Shown here: one piece after another, positions 27,949 to 40,416 of the stretch
Layout: every line of letters begins with the position of its first letter
How positions within the stretch are numbered: position 1 is the stretch's first letter
Origin: Lama glama
Lineage: Eukaryota
Assembly: GCA_028534125.1 (NCBI GenBank)
Contig: CM052817.1
Span: 9,674,001-9,738,000, forward strand
DNA: 64,000 bases
Direction of reading: 5' to 3'
Made by a program: the position numbers and the translations under genes
The notes under the pieces: model-generated
What the model was told of the DNA's origin: nothing
Seen by the model: the letters and a program-made list of their open reading frames with translations, nothing else
The model's database searches: none

Positions 27949-28080
27949 GGGGTAGGAGAGTACAGCTCAGCGGTAGCATGCACAAGGTCCTGGGTTCAAT
28001 CCTCAGGACCTCCATTAAAAATAAATAAATAAAAACACCTAATTACTCCCCCAACAACAACATAAAATCAAGAAAAAAAT
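27949..28080 (+). mobile_element. tRNA-Ala-derived camelid SINE (vic-1-like) with an internal deletion
   Basis: A box 'cagctcagcggtag', B box 'gggttcaatcc', (TAAA)n tail then 'cctaattactccccc'; the segment leading to the anticodon arm is deleted. Confidence 0.8.
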
Positions 28081-28211
28081 ATATATATAACAAAAACAGC
28101 ACAAAGAATGGGGAGAGGAACAGGAGCTTACTGTTTTAAAATTCTTGCACTCTATGTAAAGTGGTATAATATTGTTTGAAGGTAGAAAGTGAGAAGTTAA
28201 AAATGCATACA

Positions 28212-30860
28212 CAAAAACATACAACAGTTACAAATCTATGTTAAAGGGCACACAATGTATAAAGATGTAACCTGTACCAATAACAATACAAAGGAGGTGA
28301 GAAAGAGATGTCAAGAGTTGAGTGTCTGTACATTATTGAAATGAAATTGGTTGTCCAAACTTGGCTGTTTTGAGTTCATGATGTTAACTATATCCCTAAA
28401 GTAACAACTAAAAACGTAACTTTAAAAAAATAAAGAAAATGGGAAAAAAGGGAATTAAATGGTATATTACAAAAACAAAACAAAGCATAAAAAGAGGAAA
28501 TAATAGGAAAAATGACAAACAAAAAGCATGTAAGACAAAAGGAAAAGAAATAGCTAAATGACAAGTAAATTTTTCCTTATCAGTAATTACTTTAATATGA
28601 ATCCATCAAACTCTCCTATTAAAAGGCAGACATTAGCAGACTGGACTAAAGATTAAAAAATTTTAGAGTTAAAATTAAAAAAAACATAATCCATCTATAT
28701 GCTGTCTGTAAGAGTATACAGACACTCACTTTAGACACAAAACACACAGAGGTTAGGTTAAAAGTAAAAGCGTGAGAAAAGATACTCAATGCAAAAAGTT
28801 TATCAAAAGAGAGCCAGGGTTGCTATAATACTGCAAGATAAGAGATTTTCCATTTTTAAAAGGTTATAAAAGGAAAAGGATACTACGTATTAGTAGATGT
28901 TAAACTCCACTAAGATTTTAAAAATTATGAACCGACTCACGTAACAATAGAGCTCCAAAATATATACAACAAAATTGACAGAACTAAAGGGAAAAATAAA
29001 CAGTTCTACAGAAATAGTCGGAGACTTCAATACCCCCATTTTTTAATAATGGATCGACAAATAAGTAGAGACCCTGAACTATACTACAAACCAATTAGTC
29101 CTGGCAGACAGACAGAGAGCATTCCAGCCAACAACAGAATACACAACCTTCTGAAGTGCACATGGACCAGAAATAGACCACATTTGGCCATAAAACAAGT
29201 CTTAATGAATTTTAAAAGGTTGAACTGATACAAAGTATATTTTCTGAGCACAATGTAATGAAACTACAAATCAGTAACATAAAGAAAATTAGAAATTCAC
29301 TAATATGTGGAAGTTAAACAATACACTCTTAAGGAATCAATGGGCCAAAGAAGAAATCACAAGAAAACTAAGATGAAAGAAAATAAAATACAACAAACCA
29401 AAGCTTCTGGGATACAACAAAACCAGAGCCAAGAGTGAAATTTATAGTCGTAAACACCAGTGTTAAAAAAAATTTTAAATCAACAGCCTGACTGAACACC
29501 TTAAGAAATCAGAAATAGAAGAGCAACCTAAATCCAAAACGAGGCAAGGAAAGAAATAATAAAAACTACAGCAGAGATTTTTTTTAATAGAGAATACAAT
29601 AATAGGGAAAAATCAACCTAAACCAAAAAATTTGTTTCTTTGAAAAGATCATCAACAAAATTTACAAACATTTAGTTAGACTGACTAAAAAAAAAAAGGA
29701 CTCAAATTACCAAATTCAGAAATGAAAGCTGGGACATTACTACTGATGTTACAGAAATTGAAAGAATTATTAAATAGTAATATGAACAACTGTATGCCAA
29801 AACATTGTGTAACCTACTGAACTGGACAAATTTCCTAGAAGAACAAAAAATAACAAAACTGACTCAAGGAAAAAAAAGAACAAAAACAGAAAATCAGAAC
29901 AGCCTTGTAACATGTAAGGAGAGTGAAAAGTAATCAAAACCTCCCAACTAAGAAGTCAAAATCAGATGGCCTCACTGGTAAATTTACTAAACATTCAAAG
30001 GAGAATTAACAACAATCCTTCTCAAACTCTTACAAAACACTGAAAAGGAGGAAGACTTCCCACCCATTCTATGAGGCCAATATTTCCCTGATACCAAAGC
30101 TAGACAAAGGCACAAGAAACAAAAATCACAGGCCAAATGTCCCTTTGTAAATATAGATGCAAAGATGCTCAACAAATACTAGCAAACTGAATCCAGGAGT
30201 ATATTAAATGAATTATACATCATGATCAAGTCAGTTTTATCCTAGGAATGCAAGGGCAGTTCTCAGTCAATTTAATAAACCATATTAATGAATAAAGGGA
30301 AAAAAATAAAACACATGATCATCGCAACTGATGCAGAAAGAGCATTTGACAAAATCAAACGCCCTTTCATGACAAAAATACTCAGCAAACTAGGAATAGA
30401 ACTTCCTCGACATAATGAAGGCCATATATGGAAAACCCACAGCTAACATATTCAATGGTGAAAGACTGAAAGCTTCTCCCCCTAAGATCAGAAACAAGAT
30501 AAGGATGCCCCCTAGGGATGCTTCCATTTAATGCAGTACTGGAAGTTCTAGCCAGAGCAATTAAACTAGAAAAAAAAAATTTTTTTAAAGGCATCTAAGC
30601 TGGAAAAATAGAAGTATAATTATCTTTGTTTGTAGATGACATGATCTTATATGTAGAAAACTCTATAAAGAATTCACACACACACAATAAAAACCATTAT
30701 AGCTAATAAACAAATGTATTAAAGTAGCAGGATACAAAATCCACATTCAAAAATCAGTTATAGGGGGAGCGTGTAGCTCATTGGCAGAGTGTGCGCTTAG
30801 CATGCATTAGGTCCTGGGTTCAATTCCCAGTACCTCCATTAAAATAAGTAAGTAAGTAAG

Positions 30861-30895
<35 letters not shown>

Positions 30896-31620
30896 ACCTA
30901 ATCACCCCCCCACCAAAATCAGTTATATTTCTATATACTAACACAATCAATCTGAAAAGGAAATAGAGAAAATTCCATTTATAATAGCATTAAATTAAAA
31001 AGATTTAAATACTTAAGAATGAATTTAACCAAGAAGGCAAAAGACTTGTACTGAAAACTGCAGAACACTGCTAAAGAAGTTACAGAAGAAATGTAAACAA
31101 GGATTCAAATACTTGTATATCAATACTCACAACATTATTCACAACAGTTAAAAGCCAGAAACACAAGTATCCGTGGCTGATGACATCAATGATGAATGAA
31201 GAAACAAAATGTGGTATACAAATACAGTAGAACATTATTCCACTATAAAAAGGAATGAAGTTCTGATACATTCTACCAACATGAATGAACCTTGAATACA
31301 TAATGCTAAATGAAATGAGCCAGACACAAAAGACAAACATTGTATGTTTCCACTTACATGATGTATCTCTGATGTATAAATAATGCAAACATAGAGACAG
31401 AAAATAAAATAGTAGTTACTGGAGCTGGGAGGCATGGGAGAATAAGGAATTACTGTTCGATAGTTACAGTTTCTGTTTTGAGTGATTAAAAAAAAGTTTG
31501 GGAGATAATGGTGAACATTATACAACATTGTGAACTCAAGAGTGCCAGTGAGTTGTACACTTAAAAATGGTTAAAATAGTAACCTTTCTGGTATGTAATT
31601 ATACCACAATTTTTTTTTAC
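28212..31620 (+). mobile_element. L1 (L1MB-like) with ORF2 5' part, internal deletion near 31090 and 3' end, nested in the older L1
   Basis: Endonuclease-region DNA motifs ('ggagacttcaatacccca', 'tttctgagcacaatg') and an L1 3' end; putative TSD aaaatgcataca (28200-28211) / aagatgcataca (31621-31632). Confidence 0.85.
30763..30914 (+). mobile_element. tRNA-Ala(AGC)-derived camelid SINE (vic-1-like) with a perfect 13-bp TSD
   Basis: GGGGGAGCGTGTAGCTCATTGGCAGAG...TTAGCAT...GGGTTCAATTCCCAGTACCTCCA plus a (TAAG/TAAA)n tail; TSD aaaatcagttata at 30750-30762 and 30915-30927. Confidence 0.92.
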
Positions 31621-33832
31621 AAGATGCATACAAACCCTAGAGCACACACGAAATAAATGAGATACTAGCCAACAGTAGAGATAAAGCAGATACTAAAAAG
31701 TACTTAATATATCCAAAACAAGTCAGGAAAGACAAAACAGTAAAAAAGAAAAGAGAAACAAGGGAAAAACAGTAAAACGGTAGGATTAAATCCAACCATA
31801 CCAATAATTACTTTACATGGTATATGGTGAAACCATCAATTAAATGACAGAATATTTGACTGCAGACTCAACTATACAGGGCATCTGCAAAAGACTCAAG
31901 AGCAGTTGCCTTGGGTTCAAGGAGAGAAAGGAGTAGTTTATACCCAAACAGTGATGGCAATGTGAGGGGGCCAAAGAAAGTGAGACTTTAAATAAGAGGC
32001 TTTTTAATCACTGATAGCCAAGATTTACTTTATTTCATTCCTATGAAAACCAGAAAATGTTGCATGAAGACTACACACAACACTATCTGTTCCCTATGGC
32101 TTCAATCTAGTTTAAAACTTTGATTTTCAACCTATATTCTTACAGTCAATGCTCTTTTAACATGCCCCATAACCAACTTGTCAAAACTCATGCTACACAT
32201 TCCCAAATAAAACATAATGACTAATGCAGAGTGATACTAGAACGCTCCCAATCAGCACTTCTGTTCCCAGAAGTTGAGCTGAAGGCTTGCACAAGTTTTA
32301 TTTGTTCTTAAACCTACTGACACCAGCTGAACTTATTGTAAGTTAATGAAATTACTTTTTAAACCAATAGAATGAATGAAAAAAAAAGTTTCTAAAAATT
32401 AAATTACTATTTTCTATTTCCTTAGCTTCTTTCCCAGGAGATGCACAAAATTCACTCTTTAACTTCATTCCAATCTCTACTAAAAAAAATGCTTCTTTTC
32501 AAGGCCTTTCCTGTCCATCAAATATGAAGGAATATTCTCTGTATTCTCTATCCTATAACCATACTTCACCTTTTTTCAGAACATTCAGTCTGATACTGTA
32601 TCTTTGTTGTCTACTTTTACCGTTAGGTTATAAACTCTATGAAAGCAGGGAATTTGTCTCAATTATTTTGGATCCCTAGCAGTTAGAAGAGGGCAAGTCA
32701 TACAGTAGGTGCTCAATAAACACTTAGACGATTAAGAACGATTCCTTCAAGATAATCTGATTAAAAGGAGTTGCACTCCTTTAAATCTGCGTTGCACTCA
32801 GAATGCAAGTTTTTTGATAAGCTACCAATCCAAGTAGTATCAAATAAATGTTTCCCTATCTGGCAAATGAACTCTTCCCTAAATGCAAACTCTGACAAAG
32901 CCTTATTTCCCACCATTTCACATACACCTCCTTCATTACAACCAAACAGGGATACCAAGTCTCCTCTGAGCACCCCCTACTGAGTTCAGTGTAATCTGCT
33001 AAAGATCACACTTAAGAGGGAGTACTAGGCTTTATGCTGCATGAATTTCCAATTTTTAACACGTCTGACACGCCATTATTAAAGAGCCCCAGTAAAACTC
33101 AAGCCTATTACAGGGTGAAAGAGAAAACATGAAATCCATTTCCAAAGGCTCATGTCAAAGAAAATCAAACAATTACTATACATTATTAATAATGAGAACA
33201 ATCATAACAACAAGCTGGCCGAACAGTATTTACAACAGGGCTTGACTGTGGGCTCAAATGATCCCCACTGCTTGGAATGTTCTCCTCTCCCACTGCCACC
33301 CATCAAATCCTTCATCTTTCTTCAAGGTTCAGTTCAGTGCCATCTCTTCATTACATTCTTCAGTTCATTCTTATCCAGACTGTTTGCTGCAACTGGTAGG
33401 AGGTCTCTCTCTCTCTCTCCTTTAATCCCCACAGAATCTTTAATTCAACATCCCTTAAGGAACTGTACACAAATAACACACAGCAACAGAATATGGTATA
33501 CATATATTCTTCTCTGTTACAAGTCCTAGAGGGTAAAAATTGTAACTTATTCATCTTTACATTCACTAAAGTACCTTAGAAAATGTGTTGCAGATTTGCT
33601 AAGTATTTATTAAACTCTTAAATTTACGTTCTTCCATATCACAAAGGCATCAAACTAACTGAAACTTAATGCTGAAGTTATATTGTTCCAACACTCTGAA
33701 GTAGGAAAGATCTTGGTTAACTCTTCTGGTTAAATGAATCAGTTGAAAGGAATGACTTAGATTCAAAATTTTATACTCTATTTGAGAATGAGAACATGTC
33801 CATTTCCTAATACTCTGCAAGTGATTACTTAC

Positions 33833-34558
33833 CTGAGACCATGGTCTGTGATCTGATAACATCCAGACAGACTGAGAAACAAAAGTACACGTCCAGTCTC
33901 TTGATCAGATTTTTCACTCCCAGAGTAAATTAAGTCTGTTTCCCTAAGCAATCTCGTCCTTGATGCTTTTCTACACAATGCAGAAGACTCTGGGAGTGCT
34001 GACATAGTTCTTAAAGCTGTTCCTGTGCAACAAAATGAATGACCACAATACGCAAAGGCCGGTGAAGCACAATGCTGCTGCCAGCAGACGCTAGTCCTTA
34101 GTCCAACAATGTCCTTGCTGTAACAACCCGAAGAGGAACAACTAAAGTTGGATGCCGTTTCCATTACACAAAGACTTTCAACATTTCTGTGTCTCCACTC
34201 TACAGCATCTTCAATATCAGCCAAATCTTCAGCATCTAACATCCACACATATGGAGAAGTGAAACTTTCAGAAGAAACAGGCTTAGTCCAGGGATGTTCA
34301 TTATCTATTTCTTCTCCAATGCCCTTGGTGGTCAAATCGTGCAAACAAGCATACTGGTTGGTGGACTGCATGGTAATGTCTTTATTTTTCCATGTAGTCG
34401 AAGTAATTTTGCCTGTAGAAGTTTTCAAAAGGCCACTCTGATGAGATGTCAGAATTCCAAGAGCTCTAGAAATCTTTTCTAGAGCCACATCTGTGATTTT
34501 TTCACATCCAGATAGATCAAGATGCCGAAGACTCTGGCAGCAACCAAGCCAAGACCAA
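33833..34558 (-). CDS. FBXL5: FBXL5 exon 9 (726 nt), (S)[23 protein letters not shown]...[16 protein letters not shown](R); LRRs and Cys-rich insert
   Basis: ORF 33829..34578; acceptor aattatag, donor AG|gtaagt. Confidence 0.98.
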
Positions 34559-35176
34559 CTATAATTCAGAGGTAACAAGACTATTAGTGGATATTGTTAA
34601 AATCTTCAAAAGCATCTGATTACATGTAAGTAGATGGAAACTACAAGAAAGATTTTTAAATCTAATATAATTAAACATTGACTGAATATCTATTGTCAGG
34701 CACTATTTTACATGTTAGGGATATGAAAAGACAGTAAGAGTAATTAGGAACTAAGAGTATCGCTAACCTAATGGAAGGGTAGGAGAGGAGAAGGGTATGG
34801 AAGGGAGAGACTGCTTATCATCCTGAAAAGTAACCAGTAGAGGAAAGGCCGTACACACATGAAAGAAAGTATATAATAATTAGTGGAGTAAGATCCAGAA
34901 GAAATAAGCTCTAGGAATTGGGAGAGAATTAGCCTTAGCCAGAGATGAGTACATCACTCCTGCTGCAACAGGAAGAGGTGGGAAAGAGCAAGGTAAAGTA
35001 CAGTAAGAAGTAGCAGCATCCAAGGAAACAAAGTTGTGAAGAGTGTAGCTTAAAGAAAGTGTTAGAATTTCAGACTAACTATGAACAGTTTAAGAGGGAA
35101 CTTTGCCAAATGGTACTGAGAGCCTAACTGCGCCAATCTACATGGCTGCACAGCAAGGCTTAAAAGCCTAGGCAGA

Positions 35177-35370
35177 CTATACATAAAAATAGATTAAAAA
35201 AAATTTCTTCTGCATAGCACAGGGAACTATATTCAGTATCTTGTAATAACCTTTAATGAAAAAGAATATGAATACGAATATATGTATATATGTGCATGAC
35301 TGGGACATTGTGCTGTACACCAGAGACTGACACATTGTAACTGACTATACTTCAAAAGAAATTTTTTTTA
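35177..35370 (+). mobile_element. Short 5'-truncated L1 3' end with a 15-bp TSD
   Basis: 'catagcacagggaactatattcagtatcttgtaataacc...gctgtacaccagag'; TSD aaaagcctaggcaga (35162-35176) / aaaggcctaggcaga (35371-35385). Confidence 0.88.
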
Positions 35371-35619
35371 AAAGGCCTAGGCAGAGCACAAGATTATAAA
35401 GATGACAATGATACACGAGTTTTGGATCAGCTGGGATCTATGGACAAGAGGCAAAGAACTGGAGGGTGCTATCAAGTTACTGACATAACATGACTGAAAT
35501 CTGATAGTAAAAAACTATAGTACAATTAAACTCAAATTATGCAAATGAAAAATCACAGGAACAATTCTATTGATTCACAGTTAGAGATCATTAAATATAA
35601 ATATTCAAAAATAACTAAC

Positions 35620-35702
35620 CTGTCAAATGCAGAATCTGAAATGTCAGTTTGGGTAAGATCCAGATGCTCCAGGTTAGGACAAAGCTCTAAAATCTGCCTA
35701 AC
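35620..35702 (-). CDS. FBXL5: FBXL5 exon 8, [27 protein letters not shown](S)
   Basis: Acceptor ccttcctag, donor AG|gttagt; 83 nt. Confidence 0.96.
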
Positions 35703-36324
35703 CTAGGAAGGAAAAAAGTCACTATGAAGATCTGTAGCCTTTTAGTTAGATAAGAGACATAAGTTTTAGTAAATAATATTAATCCAGTGGTTCTCAAGCT
35801 TTTCTGCATGTAAAACATCACTTTGATTCTGCATTACAAATATATATTATATGATTAAGTCCCAGTGAATCTATTTTACTAATTGTAAGATTAGATCCAG
35901 GAAATTTATATTTTGAAGGAATACCCAAGGAGATTCTGATGTAGAATGTCACAAGATAGTCTTTTATAAAGCAGTGATTTATTCTCAGTTGCCCATCTTA
36001 CCATGTCTTACATATTATAAAGAATCATATAAAACTGGGTTTCATCACTTAATATAATCTGTGAAACTAAACAAATGATTTAACCTCTCTTAGTCTCTGT
36101 TTCCTTTTCTACAATGTGTAGACAATGATATCTATATACCAAGATTACTATGAGAATTAACATGAAAAATATAAAAATTAACAGTGTATCCCTACCCATG
36201 GTAAGGTACTCTCATGGGTAAATTGTTATTTTTTTTTCCTTAATTAAACTTAGGAATAAGCAAGCCAAATGTAGGTCATTGCTACTTTTTCTTAATACCC
36301 AAACTAGTGCTAATTTATACATAC

Positions 36325-36473
36325 CATTTTGCTGGAAACTGCAGAGCTGTATGCTAATACTAAAGTTTTCACGGAAGTACCAACATACGGTAGAACATTA
36401 TGAATTAAGCCATGGAGTAAACGTTTTTCCATCTGTGCAATGCTGATAGCAATCGATTCCTCTGCAGACTCTT
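36325..36473 (-). CDS. FBXL5: FBXL5 exon 7, (E)[49 protein letters not shown]
   Basis: Acceptor tttacag, donor ATG|gtatgt; 149 nt. Confidence 0.96.
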
Positions 36474-38117
36474 CTGTAAAATGAATTCAAAAGTCTAAGA
36501 ATATACTAATTATAGTTAGGCTACTCAAGGAATCACCAAATCATTAAATACGCAATACTTTTTGCTCTCCTTTAACTCCCTTATATATGCGAAGTAAGTT
36601 AAGTGGTCAAGGTCTCACTCTCCAGGACTTAAAGTTGAACAGGTCTGACATCAACTAAAAAGAGTCAAAGGGTTAAAAAAAAAAAAAAAAAGTTGAGAGT
36701 ATTTTCTCATCAAGCTAACTAGTAGGGAGAAGGAAAAAAAAACCCTCCAGTTTCAAGTACTGAAAAAATTTTGTAAAAAAACTGACTACTTAATATTCTT
36801 CAAGTATAAGTTTTTCAACAAACTATAGCATATCAAAAGGAAAATGAACCATAATAAAAGCTGTCATTCATGATTTTACATAGATAAAAGGGACACAGAG
36901 CTAGAAGAGATTTCCTGACACAGTCACTTCCTTCTTTATTTTTCTCCACAGCAGATGACACTATCTAATACAATATATATATTTTTCCTGTGTTTGCTGT
37001 TTGCCTCCCCTCTCCAAATTTTATGCTAAACAAGGCCAAGGATTTTTTTTCCATTTTGTTCACTATTAATCTCATGCCCAGAAAGTGCCTGCCACAGTGC
37101 AAGCAAATCACCAAATTAAACTAGAATAGACCTCTTTCTTACATGGTACCCTCCAAACATTTAAAACTATACCAAGCTGTGGTACCTTTATTTCATAAAA
37201 ATAAACTTGCTGCTGAAAGAATAATCTTCGTATTTATAGTCCTTACTTTCCACATGTTTAGTTCTTTTGCCAGACCAGCTTACTGCAGGCAGGCAGCTTA
37301 CAAACAAAAAATCCCTGCAGGTTCAATTTTACCAAGTAGCAGACTATCTTATTCATTAATTTTTTTTATTATTTCACCATCTTTTAATAATTACTATATA
37401 GAACAGTATCTAAAACAGAATTTATACCTTTCTCCTCCATATTCCCAAATAGCATCTTACTGCACCTCTATTACAGGACTTTCCAATACGTACCTTGATT
37501 AAGAATAGTGTATTCTAAATTCTCCTGTTTGCTGAGTTCTTTGAAGGCAGGAATAGTCTTATTCGCCCTTGAATTCTCTCACAGTGCTTAGTGAATGGCT
37601 ACACTAGTTTATATAACCTCTTACCATTTACAAGGAATTTCCATGTATATTACTTCTTAGTTCTACAACAACCACGTGAGGCAAGTGGCGTGACTGTTTA
37701 CAAATAAATGAACAGATTCAACAGCTTCATGTTCCTTCCTCTGGGCCACAATATGACTCAATATAACAGTACTAATCAGCTGAAATGGCCCTAAAAACAC
37801 ATTGCAAACTGCAGAGCACTAAAGTGAATGTATATTATTTCAATAAGGAAAACCAGCTGTCATTTTCTGATTTTTTTTAAAGTGTCTAAATAAATATTAA
37901 AACATATGGGAAACAACCCTGTGTATTTTTTAAAAATACTTCAAACAAAACTTTAAATATGCTTATTATTCTTTCAAAGTTTAAAAAGTAATAGGCTTAA
38001 AAACACCAGTTTCTTTAGAAACACAAAATACATAAACCCGAACACCTAAGTAACTGTTACGTGTCACATTAATTAATAAAGCACCATGTAGTAATTTTAA
38101 CTCCAAACAAAGCTCAC

Positions 38118-38243
38118 CAGATTCGTCTATGTCCGCATCTTCATCCCACTCCTGAAAAGCACGACTTTCATCTTTCCTATTTTTCACCCACTCCTCGTCA
38201 GGTTCAGTATCCAGTTCAGTTGCAGGACCACTGTACCAGTCAC
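38118..38243 (-). CDS. FBXL5: FBXL5 exon 6, (G)[41 protein letters not shown](E)
   Basis: Acceptor ttgggtag, donor G|gtgagc; 126 nt; lies within ORF 37981..38271. Confidence 0.96.
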
Positions 38244-38769
38244 CTACCCAACAAATAAATAAGAGGGACAAAATAAGAGTATGCTGGCTACCATGACAAA
38301 AAAATTACCTACTTATAACAAAAAACCTCTGCATACATGAGCCCCAGGCAATAGGCCAATATTGCTAGAAATATTCAATTGTGGCTTTAAAAAATTACAC
38401 TTAAAAACACAGAATTCAATTTCAGACATGCCAAAAAGAACTATGAAAGATAATTACCGTCTTAACATGCAATTTTAGAAATAACTGAATACAACCCCAT
38501 CTTCTTCCCCTACTGTGGCTTCACACTGGGTCCAGCAACACCCCCATCACGACAGTAGCTAATAAACAAAAGGAAGCAAGACTTCCTGCTCTGTAGTGAA
38601 TCAGCCAGCAATTCAGAAATAGGTGGGAACAGAAGTCAAGGGAAAGATTAAGGTAAAGTTAAACCATAATTTAAAGATCCTGGAGAATATACTGCAATTA
38701 AATTACACGATTGTGAAGTAAGCGACAATGCAGAATTAATTTACCTAACCCCTAACATGACATTTACCT

Positions 38770-38986
38770 TAGGGTGTCTCAGCCTTACCACCACTGATGT
38801 TCTGAGCTGAGCAGCTCCCTGTTGTGGAGAGCTTTCCTGCGCGTTGTAGGGTGTTTAGCAGTAACCCTGGCCTCCACCCACTGGATGCCAGCAAAGCCCC
38901 CCAAGATGGGACAAACAAAAATGCACCCACAGACATTTCAAACATCCCTTGGAGAGGGTAAAATCAATTGTGATTGAGAACCATTG
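38770..38986 (-). mobile_element. MER20 MITE
   Basis: 'tgtagggtgtttagcagtaaccctggcctccacccactggatgccagca...ttgagaaccattg'. Confidence 0.8.
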
Positions 38987-40233
38987 AACACAAATACCAT
39001 AAATTAACTGAATTAAAACCATTTTTACTGGAACATCTTAAGCATATTAAAAACAGGGGAAAAAAAAGCATATTTAAGATCTGGTTAACCTCACAGAAGT
39101 CTACCACAGCATTATCACATTTGATCATTTCAAATAGTGTCCAGTTATGTATTACTTCCTAAAAATTCATTCTTCATAATCAAAAATACAGCTAAACAAA
39201 AAAGAATGTGATATACCCATATTTGCCTTATTTGACTTTTCACTTAATATTTTATTATCATACAATAGGAAAACTTATTCCACATGAGATAATAATTCAG
39301 CTCATATAAATCTACCCAACACTCCAAACATCTTCATGCAAAAAATATTAAATATCTAACAAAAGTGTATTCTAAAAGTGCCATATATTGATATAAAAAA
39401 ATAAAACTTTTTAAAATCAGACTCATAGCTTAATTATGTGGGAAATAAATATATCCATGTCAAAGTGACAAATTATAGAAAACTAAAAAGAACTTTTACA
39501 TGAATTTTGAGGTACTCACCTAGAAAAATTATTTTAATTCAGTGACAGAAAAATACATGCTGTATCAGCTTTATTTATCCCGTGACTGCATTATATGTTT
39601 ATGAAAAAAAATTTTCTTTAAGTGTTTACATGTAAAACTAACTTACCACAATGAAATTATATAAAATTGTAGTTTATAGAATGAGGCATCACTAATCACA
39701 AAAAATATGCTAAAGACAAAAACAGACTCCACTATCTTGAGCCACTACCAAAATGGAGACACAATGTCTCACCTTTAAATTTTATAAAGTTTATTTTGTA
39801 TTTTTAAAATAATTGAATTACTTAAAGCTGTTCTAACAACCTATTAATTGTATTTTTAACTTTTTGTGATGAAATATTCCAAACATAGTCAAAAGTAGAA
39901 ATAAGTAGCATTAAACAAGTGGCATAATAAATACCCACGTATTCATCACATTATCTTCAATGATTATCAACATTCTGCCAATTATTTTCATTCCTTCCCC
40001 AATTATTTTTAAAAGAAATTGCACATATCACATAATTCGCCCTGAATACTTCAGCATGGCTAGCTTCCTAAAAATGCACACACAGACACATAATCTAACT
40101 ATGAAACCCACTCACTAGTCAGTCTCTCAAGAGTCCCCCTCCCTGGCCTTGCTTATGAATGTCCGTATGTATTTATTTTAAAAAAAACTGACTGAAATAT
40201 TTTTAAAACAAACTAAACATCCCATTTACCTAC

Positions 40234-40416
40234 CTCTGGCCCAATGAACAGGGTAAAGATGTTTCCAAAGTGATCCAGTCTTTGCCAGCTGAGACCACTT
40301 AGTGCTTACTTGACTGCATCGACATAATTCTTGAGGATTAAGATAACTGAAAATTGACAGCATTACCTCAGGAGGAAGATGGGTTATACCTGTGGATTGT
40401 TCTGACACTTCTGCTT
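40234..40416 (-). CDS. FBXL5: FBXL5 exon 5 (F-box), (E)[60 protein letters not shown](G)
   Basis: Canonical F-box [13 protein letters not shown]; acceptor atttcag, donor G|gtaggt; 183 nt. Confidence 0.98.

Larger units (their letters stand above)
26240..28211 (+). mobile_element. Old L1 (L1M) ORF1/inter-ORF remnant; resumes at ~31621-31880 after nested insertions
   Basis: A-rich L1 ORF1-like motifs ('aaaaatacttgaagaaataacagctgaa', 'aagacaatggaacatcttgcaagtgct'); continuation 'aagatgcatacaaaccctagagca' at 31621. Confidence 0.65.

Noticed and set aside
30763..30838. Apparent tRNA-Ala(AGC) genes here and at 56503 and 27949
   Set aside because: Stem mismatches, A-rich tails, TSDs and a shared 3' motif show they are SINE copies, not tRNA genes.
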